The translations under genes and the position numbers were made by a program. From the NCBI GenBank assembly GCA_963696385.1, contig CAVOKF010000007.1:800001-864000 (forward strand): a DNA stretch of 64,000 nt. The letters run 5' to 3'. The notes below the pieces were generated by a model that worked only from the letters and a program-made list of their open reading frames with translations, was not told the origin of the DNA and did not search any database. This DNA comes from an uncultured delta proteobacterium (lineage in GTDB: Bacteria; Myxococcota_A; Polyangia; Polyangiales; Polyangiaceae). Of the stretch, positions 50,705 to 59,940 are shown piece after piece; position 1 is the first letter of the stretch, and every line of letters starts with the position of its first letter.

Positions 50705-52288
50705 CTACGCTCGCGCGTCCAGCAAGGGGGTCACTTGCCGGCTGGATCGCTCGACCATGGCCTGAATGCTCGTGTCGAGCGCCATCGAGTCGGCCGCCGT
50801 GGGGCCCCGCAGTCCGTAGCCATCTGGACAATGACGCAGAAGGGTCTTCGCGACGAGGCCGCGAAACCGCAAGAACGCCGCCTGCGCACCCTCATCGCCG
50901 CGTCGCGCTGCCGCCTCACCGAGCCGATTCAAGTCCGGCTCTTCGGCGTGGATGGCACAGAGCACACCCCGAACGGTCTCGGCTTCCTCGTCGACGATCT
51001 TCAGCAGTTGGGCCGCGTGCTCGGGGGAAATCTTCCTGTCGGCCAGTAGGGTCGCTTCGACCAGGTAACGGTTGAGCAGCAGGTGGAGGTAGAAGGAGTG
51101 AGGTGGGGGCGGCGACGGGTCGAGCGCGTTGAGAACCGAGATCAGCCAGTCGATCAGCAGCTGACCGGCCGGCCCGAGCTCCTGCCAACAGGACTCCTTG
51201 ATGGCTCGGCCGAGATACTGCGCGCGCTCGACCGCTTCGCGCCGATGGACCATGGCGGGAAACGACCCGGTCGGCGTACCGAATCGCTTGGCGAGGTCGG
51301 CCCCGCGCCGCTCACTCTGCAAGCAAAGAAGAGCCAGGTGCACATACACATGGAACGCGGCAACGGCCCGAAACGTATCCCAATAGTTCGACCGGTCTGC
51401 GGTCTCCAAATTCCAAATGGATCGGACGGCGGCTCGGGTCGGGCTCGATTCGGGCGAGAGATCTTGCGCCAGCAGGGAATGCGTATGGCGAAAATCGTAC
51501 AGCTTTTGGTGCAGCGATTCGTGGAACAAATGCTCGGCCACCCACCATGGATTGTCGAGCATTTCGCGGTTGAGAAATATCGCGCCGCCCACCCAAAATT
51601 CGGAGGCGGAGGCCTTTCGCATCCAACGACCCACGTGAGGGACGAGCACGACCACGTGCGCATGACTGAACGCGCTCCGCGCGGACGCTGGCAGCAGGAT
51701 TCCGAGCAGCTCCGCCCCCTTCGCGAGCTTGGCCAGATCGACCGCGTCAGGCGTACAGAGTGGCTCGCCCTGGAAGTAGTCGTGCACCTCCCTTCGAAAG
51801 GTGCGGCCGCACGCGTCGTCCGAATGCTCCTCGCTCCAGATCCACCCCCAGGATGGATCCCTTCCCAGACGACGAGGGTGGCCGAGGCCGGCCTCCAAAG
51901 GCCCCCCGCGCTTGCCCTCCTTGAGCAGACGAATCGTTTCCCGAAATACGTCCTCGCACTCGCCGAGTGGCAGGCTGTCCGGGGTCTGATTGACGACCTG
52001 AGCCAGGGCCTGCTGGACCGCGTAGCGTACGGCGGGATCGCCCACCACACGATACCGAGTGTACGGAGCGGCTCGGTCGAGCGCGCGCACCAGCTCTCCT
52101 GCCAGAGGCAGAGAGGACGCAAGTCTGGACAGGCGACCCTGGTAGCGAAGTTGCAATTGCGTGTGGATGTAGTCGCTATCGCCAAAAGGCCGATATTGGG
52201 CAAGCAGCGCATCGACCAGGTCGAGCGGGTGCTGGTTTTGTACGGGGGCGACTCGCCGGCCCGCGACAGCCCGATTCTTTGCGGCCAT
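50705..52288 (-). CDS. HExxH-motif protein (aKG-HExxH peptide hydroxylase-like)
   Basis: SASEFWVGGAIFL, AEHLFHESLHQKL, SIW, AFHVYVH. Confidence 0.7.
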   Translation of the reverse strand: MAAKNRAVAGRRVAPVQNQHPLDLVDALLAQYRPFGDSDYIHTQLQLRYQGRLSRLASSLPLAGELVRALDRAAPYTRYRVVGDPAVRYAVQQALAQVVNQTPDSLPLGECEDVFRETIRLLKEGKRGGPLEAGLGHPRRLGRDPSWGWIWSEEHSDDACGRTFRREVHDYFQGEPLCTPDAVDLAKLAKGAELLGILLPASARSAFSHAHVVVLVPHVGRWMRKASASEFWVGGAIFLNREMLDNPWWVAEHLFHESLHQKLYDFRHTHSLLAQDLSPESSPTRAAVRSIWNLETADRSNYWDTFRAVAAFHVYVHLALLCLQSERRGADLAKRFGTPTGSFPAMVHRREAVERAQYLGRAIKESCWQELGPAGQLLIDWLISVLNALDPSPPPPHSFYLHLLLNRYLVEATLLADRKISPEHAAQLLKIVDEEAETVRGVLCAIHAEEPDLNRLGEAAARRGDEGAQAAFLRFRGLVAKTLLRHCPDGYGLRGPTAADSMALDTSIQAMVERSSRQVTPLLDARA

Positions 52289-52482
52289 CCGTTCTCGCTC
52301 CTCGTCTACGTAAGTTGCGGCACGTGGGGGGAAAGCCGGCCTCGCGCGAATGCTTGAACGCGACCCGGAGCTTGTCAAGGCCATGCGGATCGATGGCAAG
52401 GCCGAGAAAGCCGCATGAGCCTCCCCGCCCCTGGACGTGGCCTATCGGGCCCTATCGGCCCTGCCCGGCCCCGCCCAAGGGC

Positions 52483-53457
52483 CTACCGGACGCAGCGAAC
52501 GTGAGCTCGGCTGCCGACGGCGGCCGCCCCCGAGCTGCCGCGCGTGAAGTTCACGCCCCACGCCGTCCCCGCCGGCGCAAGACTGGGCGAGGACGACCAG
52601 AAAAATTCGATCGGGGTATTCGGAAACGCCAGAGCGTCGATGGAGGGCTCGAAGCGAGTGACGTCGACCAGCGTCAAGAGCTCTCTCACGCTCGGCAGCC
52701 TCCAGGCCCCGCCGTTCGAGGTGATTTTCGAGCAGAAGGTCTTCGCGTCTTGCCACACGTAGTTGTCGTGCGCGACGGCGCGTTGCCAGGTGAGCCCGGT
52801 ACGGTCGTCGTGCACGGAATCTTCTGCGACCGAATAGGGGTTCACTTCGGGATCGGTGCAGGACGCGGGGCCGCGCACGCACCGAACCCGCCTGAACCGA
52901 GTGACGTCGTCGCCGACGTGCACCCCACCGGTCTTGAAGAAGACGTACCAGCCGAGGCCCGTATTGGTGATATCGGTTTGCGAGGACCAAAACGCCAGCG
53001 ACGACGTATTGGGGAATACGACCGGGTCCGCGGCTGGATCCGCCCGCGAGGTGTCCGAAATCGATGCCAGCTCGATGATGGCCGGTAGACGCCAATCGTG
53101 ACGGCCGGCCAACGTCAGACCGTCGCAGTAGTCGAGCGCCTGGCGGTGGTTGTAGACGCCGGTCGTCAGGACGCGCTGCCACGACAGGCCCGTCACCCGG
53201 TCGAGCACCACGTCCGGGTCGCTCGTGTCGTAGCTCTGCGGATGGGGCAAACCGGAACCACTGAGGTTCGGCATCGGCCACGCGGCGTGGCAGCGGGGGG
53301 CCTTCGGCACCTCGCTCGATCGGCCGGAGACCGTCGCCCCGAGTGCCGCGTCGCGTTGGCCACTCGACGCGGCAGGCGGTTCCCCCGGGTGCGCCTTGCC
53401 GGCACGGCAGCCGCTCGAGAGGGCCACGGCGACAAGTGGGATCGCGGCCAATCTCAC
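52483..53457 (-). CDS. Tandem DUF1566 lipoprotein (third paralogue)
   Basis: SSGC lipobox; WPMPN...PQSYD, DRVTGLSWQ, WRLP, RCVR twice. Confidence 0.85.
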   Translation of the reverse strand: MRLAAIPLVAVALSSGCRAGKAHPGEPPAASSGQRDAALGATVSGRSSEVPKAPRCHAAWPMPNLSGSGLPHPQSYDTSDPDVVLDRVTGLSWQRVLTTGVYNHRQALDYCDGLTLAGRHDWRLPAIIELASISDTSRADPAADPVVFPNTSSLAFWSSQTDITNTGLGWYVFFKTGGVHVGDDVTRFRRVRCVRGPASCTDPEVNPYSVAEDSVHDDRTGLTWQRAVAHDNYVWQDAKTFCSKITSNGGAWRLPSVRELLTLVDVTRFEPSIDALAFPNTPIEFFWSSSPSLAPAGTAWGVNFTRGSSGAAAVGSRAHVRCVR

Positions 53458-53721
53458 GGGGGGGCTTCTCGGGCGGAGGCGCTCCGGCGCGTCTCAGCCG
53501 GCGAAAGGCGTAGAATACATCGCGCACGAGCGCAACCGAGACCGAGCGGGCGGCGTTCGCCTGCGCTTCAGGCACCCACGAGGATGCCCTGCAAGCGGGG
53601 ATCGTCCGCACAGCGGCGGCCGGAGCGGCTCATCGAAGCGCGCCGCCGAACGATGCGGACCGCACGTCCGCTGGGAAGTGCCCCTCAGGGTGGCTATAAA
53701 GCGGCTCGCCAGGGTGAACCG

Positions 53722-56004
53722 ATGAGCGAAACCAGAACGTGGAAGGCCGTCCTCGGCGCGCGCGTGCCCGAGGCGTGGGGTCGTGAGATCGACATCTTCG
53801 AGACCCAGATCGAGCTGCGAAAAAAAGGCAAGATCGAGGAGAAGCTTTTCGCCGAGACCCGGCTACGGCGCGGCGCCTACGGACAGCGGTACGACAACGG
53901 CCAGCGCCACGACGGCGAGAAGACGCAAACGATCGCGTATCCGTCCGGGGACGTCACCAAGGGACCCAGCACGCTATGGGACGCACCCGGCATGCAGCGG
54001 ATCAAGATTCCCTACGGTCGCCTGACCGCCGACCAGTTGGACGTCCTGTCGGACGTCGCCGAAGAGTACTCGGACCGCATCCTTCACGTCACGACGCGGC
54101 AAGACATTCAGCTGCACTTCGTCCACATCGAAGACACGCCGGATCTGCACCGGCGTCTCGCCGCCGTCGGCATCACGACGCGCGAGGCGTGCGGCAACAC
54201 GGTGCGCAACGTCACGGCGTGCCCGTTGGCCGGCGTGTGCCGAGACGAGAGCTTCGACGTGCTTCCCTACGCGCATGCGCTGACGTTTTTCCTCTTGGGC
54301 CATGACGACACCCAGGATTTCGGACGCAAGTTCAAGGTGGCCTTCTCGGGGTGCCGCGACAACGCCTGCGGGTTGACGAACTTTCACGACTTGGGGGCCA
54401 TCGCGCGCACGCGCCAGGTGGGTGGCGCGATCGAGCGGGGCTTCGAGCTCGTCGTCGGCGGGGGACTCGGGGCAGTCCCTCAGAACGCGCAAGTCTTCGA
54501 CGCATTTCTTCCGGAAGCCGAGCTTCTGCCGATGGCGCAAGCGATCAGCCGGGTGTTCTCGCGTCTGGGCGAGCGGCACAACCGGGCGCGCGCGCGCTTC
54601 AAATTCGTCGTCAAGAAGCTCGGCATCGAAGAGACCCAGCGGCTCGTTCTCGAGGAGCGCGCGCAACTGCGGCCGGACCCGCGGTGGACGGCGTTCCTCG
54701 ACGATTTGCACGCCCAGGACGAGAAGCCTCTCCGACCGCCCGGACCGATGCCCGGCGGCCCGCAGTCGCCCGCCTTTGCGCGATGGCGCGAGACCAACGT
54801 CGTCGCCCAACGCCAGCCGGGGTACGTGGCGGCGCTCATCACGCTGCCCTTGGGGGACCTCACGTCCGAGCAGGGTCGCGCACTTGCGGACGTCTCGCGC
54901 CGATTCACCGGCGACACGTTGCGGACCACCGCCGACCAAAACCTGTTGCTTCGTTGGGTGAGCGAGGCGGATCTGCCCGGCCTCCACGCCGCGCTCGAGT
55001 CCATCCATTTGGCGGAGCCCGGGGCGGGGACCATCAGCGACATCACGGCTTGCCCCGGCACCGATACGTGCAAACTCGGGATCTCGTCGTCGCGAGCCCT
55101 CGCCGCCCAGCTGAGCAAGGAGCTGCGCGCTTCGGGCCTCGACCAAGACCCGAACGTCAAGCACTTGCACATCAAGACAAGCGGCTGCTTCAACTCCTGC
55201 GGACAACATCACGTCGCCGATCTTGGCTTTCTCGGCGTCAGCCGCACGGTCTCGGGGCGGCGGGTCCCGCACTTCCAGCTCGTCGTGGGCGGCCAGTGGA
55301 CGCACAATGGCGGGTCGTACGGCCTCGCCATCGGGGCCGTGCCCTCCAAGCGCGTGCCCGAGGTGGTCAGGCGCCTGACCGAGCGCTACTCGGCGGAGCG
55401 GACCGACGGCGAATCGTTCGCCGATTTCACCAAGCGCATCGGCAAAAAGACCATCCGCGCCCTGGTCGAGGAACTGCAACGGCTGCCGTCCTACGAACAG
55501 GACCCGAGCCACTTCAGCGACTGGGGCGATCCGCGCGAGTACACCCTCTCGGACATGGCAGAAGGCGAATGCGCCGGCGAGGTCGTGCCGTACGTCGAAG
55601 TCGAGCTGGCCGCGGCCGAGCGGGAGATCTTCGAATCGCAGCTGCTGCTCGACGACGGAAAGACCGATCTGGCGGCCGCGCGCGCGCTCAGCGCGATGCT
55701 GGTCGGTGCGCGGGCGCTCAGCCGGGAGAAAAGCACGAACCTCGGCACCGAGCCCGAGGAAGTCGTCGCCGAGTTTCGCAAGCACTTTTACGACACCCAG
55801 GTGTTCTTCGATCCCTTCGCCGGGGGCAAGTTCGCCCATTACCTATTTCGCGCGTACGAGGAGCGCCGCAAGCCGGCCACCGCCGAGACGGCCCACCAGC
55901 TGATCGAGGAGGCGACCCTGTTCGTGGACGCCGCCCATCAGTGTTACACGCGGATCCGCGCCGCGTCCGCCGGTTCGCTGGCGTCGCTCGGGCCGAGCGC
56001 CTAG
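53722..56004 (+). CDS. Siroheme/[4Fe-4S] sulfite or nitrite reductase with C-terminal extension
   Basis: MQRIKIP, HVTTRQDIQ, REACGNTVRN, RKFK, CPGTDTC, SGCFNSCGQH. Confidence 0.92.
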   Translation: MSETRTWKAVLGARVPEAWGREIDIFETQIELRKKGKIEEKLFAETRLRRGAYGQRYDNGQRHDGEKTQTIAYPSGDVTKGPSTLWDAPGMQRIKIPYGRLTADQLDVLSDVAEEYSDRILHVTTRQDIQLHFVHIEDTPDLHRRLAAVGITTREACGNTVRNVTACPLAGVCRDESFDVLPYAHALTFFLLGHDDTQDFGRKFKVAFSGCRDNACGLTNFHDLGAIARTRQVGGAIERGFELVVGGGLGAVPQNAQVFDAFLPEAELLPMAQAISRVFSRLGERHNRARARFKFVVKKLGIEETQRLVLEERAQLRPDPRWTAFLDDLHAQDEKPLRPPGPMPGGPQSPAFARWRETNVVAQRQPGYVAALITLPLGDLTSEQGRALADVSRRFTGDTLRTTADQNLLLRWVSEADLPGLHAALESIHLAEPGAGTISDITACPGTDTCKLGISSSRALAAQLSKELRASGLDQDPNVKHLHIKTSGCFNSCGQHHVADLGFLGVSRTVSGRRVPHFQLVVGGQWTHNGGSYGLAIGAVPSKRVPEVVRRLTERYSAERTDGESFADFTKRIGKKTIRALVEELQRLPSYEQDPSHFSDWGDPREYTLSDMAEGECAGEVVPYVEVELAAAEREIFESQLLLDDGKTDLAAARALSAMLVGARALSREKSTNLGTEPEEVVAEFRKHFYDTQVFFDPFAGGKFAHYLFRAYEERRKPATAETAHQLIEEATLFVDAAHQCYTRIRAASAGSLASLGPSA

Positions 56005-56015
56005 CAGGAGAATCC

Positions 56016-56622
56016 GTGGATGCGCAGAAGCTGCAGCTGAAAATCTTCGTGACGCCCGAGTCGGCGCAGGCCGTCCGGCTCGATGCTTTCATCGGGATAT
56101 TTCATCGGTGGATCAAGGACCACGTCTTGCCCGAGCTCGTGGTCGACGTCGCCAATTACGCCCATGTGCCCGAGGGCCCAGGGGTGGTCCTCATCGGTCA
56201 CGAGTCGGATTACTTCATGGACGAGGGCGAAGGGCGGCTCGGCTTCATGCACAGCCGCAAGCGCGCGGGCCCTCCGCCCGCCGAGCGCCTCCATGACCTC
56301 GCGCGGCGGACGTTCTACGCCGCCCGGCTGCTCGAACAGGATCCCCTCGCTGTCCGGGGGTCTTCGCTTCGCGACGAACGAATTGCTTTTTCGAATCAAC
56401 GATCGGCTCGTCGCACCGGCCACCGACGCGACGTTCCGAACGGTCCAACCGGAGTTGGAGTCGTGGGCCGACCGGGTCTTCGCCGGATCCTTTGGGGTAT
56501 CGCGATCGGGCGGCCCCGGGGACCTGCTGGCCGCGCGGGTGACGAGCCCGACGAGCCCATCGCTGCAGACCCTGCTCGATCGGGTGGGCGGACCCCCCGC
56601 AACGCGCGCGACTTCCGGTTAG
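56016..56622 (+). CDS. Hypothetical protein downstream of the reductase; frameshift at about 56343-56346
   Basis: AGGAG RBS + GTG. FHRWI...DVANYAHVPEGPGV continues as LRFATNELLFRINDRL in another frame after removing one C from CCCC. Confidence 0.65.
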
Positions 56623-56719
56623 CGGGAGCGAGGCGCCCGGAGCGTGAACACGGGCCTGCCGTGTGGCGGGCGGCCGTTGGACCTCTCGGGGTGAGCTTGA
56701 GGATCCCCCGCGGTCTAGT

Positions 56720-57676
56720 CTAGTCGTGTGGGTCGTCACGCCTGGCGACGGTCCAATTCAGGTCCCAGCTGAGCTTGTCGTCGCGGATGCGAAACGTGGC
56801 GGTGCAGACTTGGCCCCGAGAGACCAGCATGCGCTGCATGAAATGAATCGAGTTCGCCCAATTGCCGCCGAACGACCGGCACCGCGTTTCGATCGAGACG
56901 CCTTTGGCCAGCTTGAATTCCGCCCAATTCAACATGCCGTCGCAGACATTTTCGCGGATGACTTCCGAGACTTGCGTACTGTCCTGTGGCCTAAAATCCA
57001 TCAAGTCGTAGGTCGGAGTGCTGACGGTGGTGGAGACTTCGCGCCAGGGCTCGATGGGCTGCATCCAAAACAGTTGGTTGGTGCCCACCTCCCTGTTGAG
57101 CGCGCTGAGGTCGAACCCCAGGATGGGGCAGAGAACTTCGACCTGCTCTCGGATGCCGCTCATGTTGACGAGGCAGTGCTTGAACACGATATTTTCGGGG
57201 ATGATTTTCGCCTTGGGCGACAGCAGCGGCTTGACGTGATCGAGGATGAGCAGGATCCCCTCGTCGATGCCCTGAGTTCCGATGGTCTCCGTCACGAACA
57301 CGTCGATCGGTTCCTGGATCACCCCCAAGCTAACCAGATCTTTCGAATGGACGTTCAGTAGCGTGATCTTGTCCGATAGGCCGTTGGCCTCCACGACCGT
57401 GCGCGCGACTCGATACAGCAAAGGCGACTGCTCGATGCTGTAGACGTGCTTGGCTCCGAGACGCGCCGCGATGCAGCTCAGCAGTCCGGCCCCCGTGCCC
57501 ACTTCGAGCACCAGGTCGCCTCGCCTGATTTTCGCCTTCATGGCGTCGCGGTATTTTTGACCGCGAGGCAGGTCGTTGACCATCAAGATGTGCTCTCGAA
57601 TGGACAGCTCCCCGGTTCCGATTGGCGCTGACGCAAACGAATTGTCGGGCTTCGCCCCGTTCTCCGTTGAATCCAT
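56720..57676 (-). CDS. PRMT-like SAM-dependent protein methyltransferase
   Basis: H..MVND..R...Y, VLEVGTGAGLLS, VYSIE, VTETIG...DEG double-E loop, beta-rich C-terminal domain. Confidence 0.78.
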   Translation of the reverse strand: MDSTENGAKPDNSFASAPIGTGELSIREHILMVNDLPRGQKYRDAMKAKIRRGDLVLEVGTGAGLLSCIAARLGAKHVYSIEQSPLLYRVARTVVEANGLSDKITLLNVHSKDLVSLGVIQEPIDVFVTETIGTQGIDEGILLILDHVKPLLSPKAKIIPENIVFKHCLVNMSGIREQVEVLCPILGFDLSALNREVGTNQLFWMQPIEPWREVSTTVSTPTYDLMDFRPQDSTQVSEVIRENVCDGMLNWAEFKLAKGVSIETRCRSFGGNWANSIHFMQRMLVSRGQVCTATFRIRDDKLSWDLNWTVARRDDPHD

Positions 57677-57735
57677 GGTCGTCGCCTCGAGACCGGGACA
57701 GGTCGAGCGGTCGGCCGGGACCGCGAGAGGTCACG

Positions 57736-58242
57736 TCACGGGGTGCGAAGGCTGAGCGGGCCGAGGTAATCGCGCTTGCCCACGTTGACCCCGTTATGGC
57801 GCAGGATCGCGTACGCGTGCGTGAGGTGGAAAAAGTAGTTGGGAACGGCGTATTCGAGGAAATAGTCCGCCCCGGTCATGACTTTTCCCTCCCAGCGCGG
57901 TTGCGAGACGATGCGAGTCGCCGCGCCCTGGAAGTCGGCCGCGGAAAAGCCGTCGAGATAGGCGATGACGGAACGGATGCGCGCACGAAGCTCGTCGAGC
58001 GTTTGCTCGGTGTCGGGGTGCGTCGGCGCGTCCTTGCCCGTGAGTCGGGAGGCCGCGAACTTGGCCGTGTCGCACGCGCTCTGAACCTGACGCGCGAACG
58101 CGAACTGATCCGGCGCGAGCCGAAGCCCGAGGAACACGTTGGGGTCGAACGATTTTGCTTTTGCAAAGGACCCCGCGCTCTCGAGCCACGTGTCGAGCTG
58201 CCCGAGCAGCTTCTTCATCTCACCGAGGATGGCGTAATACAT
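57736..58242 (-). CDS. DUF1993 family protein
   Basis: RLAPDQF....QVQSACD, PNYFFHLTHAYAILRHNGV.VGKRDYLG. Confidence 0.92.
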   Translation of the reverse strand: MYYAILGEMKKLLGQLDTWLESAGSFAKAKSFDPNVFLGLRLAPDQFAFARQVQSACDTAKFAASRLTGKDAPTHPDTEQTLDELRARIRSVIAYLDGFSAADFQGAATRIVSQPRWEGKVMTGADYFLEYAVPNYFFHLTHAYAILRHNGVNVGKRDYLGPLSLRTP

Positions 58243-58390
58243 GGGCGGACTGTAGCCGATCGAAGAGCGTCGCGTACGCCGATCCGAGACAACCGGGGAT
58301 CCTTTCCGTGGACGTCCTCGGGGGCTTGCGCCTCGGATCCGCGGGCCACGCTGCCGCCCGCCGTGCCCGGAGGGTACACTGCCGGCGAGA

Positions 58391-58993
58391 TTGCCTCGTG
58401 AGCTCACGGCTGTGACCGCCCACCTCGCCCGAACTTCCCTCACCGTGCTCGCGGGGGCGTACCTGGCCGGGGTCTGGCTGGATGGGGTCGGCAGCACCCT
58501 GGCTTCGGCCCATCTGCCGCTCACCGCAAACTATTTCCTGCAGGTGGCGGCGCTCTTCCCGAAGGCAGCCGTCATGTCGATCGATTATCGCGCCGAGGGC
58601 TGGGTGTGCGCGGACAATCGATGGGAAGAGTTCGACACTCGACCTTATTTTCCGATCGATTCGGACAACAAGGAGAACCGCTTTCAGAGAGTGATGCACT
58701 TCTTTCGCGAGCAGCGGACGACCATGCACGCGCTCGAAGCCTATCTCGTCGACCGCCACAACTCCGGTCGTCTGGACGACGGGCTGGCTCGGGACAAGAC
58801 GATCACCGGGATTCGCCTGGTGAGCCTGCGCACCCCCTTGCCCGAGCCCGGGGACCGCCTGGAGCCGTTGCGGCGACGGCCGCTATCGGAGTACGCCGAC
58901 AGCCAGAAGCAACCTTTTTACCATACGCCGAAGTCCAAGATCGCGGACCGATGCGCGTCCGGCAACCCGGACCTCCACCGAGAGGTCCCATGA
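58391..58993 (+). CDS. Hypothetical membrane-anchored protein (start uncertain)
   Basis: N-terminal hydrophobic segment; stop overlaps the next ATG (ATGA). Confidence 0.6.
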   Translation: MPRELTAVTAHLARTSLTVLAGAYLAGVWLDGVGSTLASAHLPLTANYFLQVAALFPKAAVMSIDYRAEGWVCADNRWEEFDTRPYFPIDSDNKENRFQRVMHFFREQRTTMHALEAYLVDRHNSGRLDDGLARDKTITGIRLVSLRTPLPEPGDRLEPLRRRPLSEYADSQKQPFYHTPKSKIADRCASGNPDLHREVP

Positions 58994-59934
58994 GGTCACG
59001 AGGCTTCGGCGGAATTTCCGGGTGGCTCGACGAACCGGTGGAGCTCGTGCGGCTCGCGCTGGTTCGCATCCTCGCACCTCTTTCGATCCTCGGCTTCATG
59101 TCGACGCGGCTTGCGCATGCCGACGAATGGATCGGCGACGCCGGCTTTCGCGTGCCCGATCTGGGCGGCGACTGGCGCCAGCCGATCTTCGTGCCGGCGC
59201 TGCCGTCGGGCTGCGCGTGGGCGGTCGCCGCGACCATGATCGCCTCGGGGCTCAGCTGCTCGGTGGGTTGGAAGACCCGGCCGAGCGCGCTGATTTTTGC
59301 GGCCACGCTCGCCTTCGTCGCCCTTTCCGACCGACTGGCCGCGTTCACCGTGAGCAAGCTGTCGCCGGTCGTCATGCTGGCGGTCGCCATCGGGCCCGCC
59401 GGCAGCCGGCTCGGGATCGACGCGTGGTGGGCGGCGCGACAGGGAGCCGCTCCTTCCGAGGCGATGGCGCCGGCTCGAAGCGTGCGGTTCCTGCAGCTTT
59501 TGCCGATCACGATCTACAGCGCATCGGGAATCGCCAAGGCGCGTGGGGATTGGCTCAAGGTGCCCCTCGTGCTCTGGACGCACCTGCACGACAGCTATCA
59601 AACGTCGATCTCGTTCGCGCTCGCGTCGGTGCTGCCCGGCTGGGCGTGGACCGTGTTTCAAGGGCTCGTCTTGGCCTTCGAGGTCTTCGCGCCATTGTGG
59701 TTCTGGCTGCCGCGTACGCGCACCCCAGCGCTCGTCTTCGGGCTCGGCATGCACGCGATGATCGGTCTCATGTTCGGCCCCGTCCTATGGTTCGCACTCT
59801 TGATGATGACCCTTCTCGCCGCCGGATACCTGCCGGATCGCTTCGTCGCGCCCCTCGATGGCGCTGCCGATCACCTCGAGAAGCGACGACCCGAGCGGGG
59901 GCCAACGTCGAGAGCTCGGCCGGTGCCCAAGTGA
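58990..59934 (+). CDS. HTTM-domain membrane protein
   Basis: LALVRI, VGWKTR, IYSASGIAK...W, FE, MHAMI; multiple TM helices. Confidence 0.78.
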   Translation: MRSRGFGGISGWLDEPVELVRLALVRILAPLSILGFMSTRLAHADEWIGDAGFRVPDLGGDWRQPIFVPALPSGCAWAVAATMIASGLSCSVGWKTRPSALIFAATLAFVALSDRLAAFTVSKLSPVVMLAVAIGPAGSRLGIDAWWAARQGAAPSEAMAPARSVRFLQLLPITIYSASGIAKARGDWLKVPLVLWTHLHDSYQTSISFALASVLPGWAWTVFQGLVLAFEVFAPLWFWLPRTRTPALVFGLGMHAMIGLMFGPVLWFALLMMTLLAAGYLPDRFVAPLDGAADHLEKRRPERGPTSRARPVPK

Positions 59935-59940
59935 GCCGGA

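Noticed and set aside
34842..53457. Diversity-generating retroelement targeting the DUF1566 genes
   Set aside because: No reverse transcriptase or template repeat in the window, and differences between the paralogue 3' ends are not adenine-specific. Remote targeting cannot be excluded.
54351..56723. 790-aa ORF overlapping the reductase
   Set aside because: Alternative frame; only the part from 56016 looks coding.
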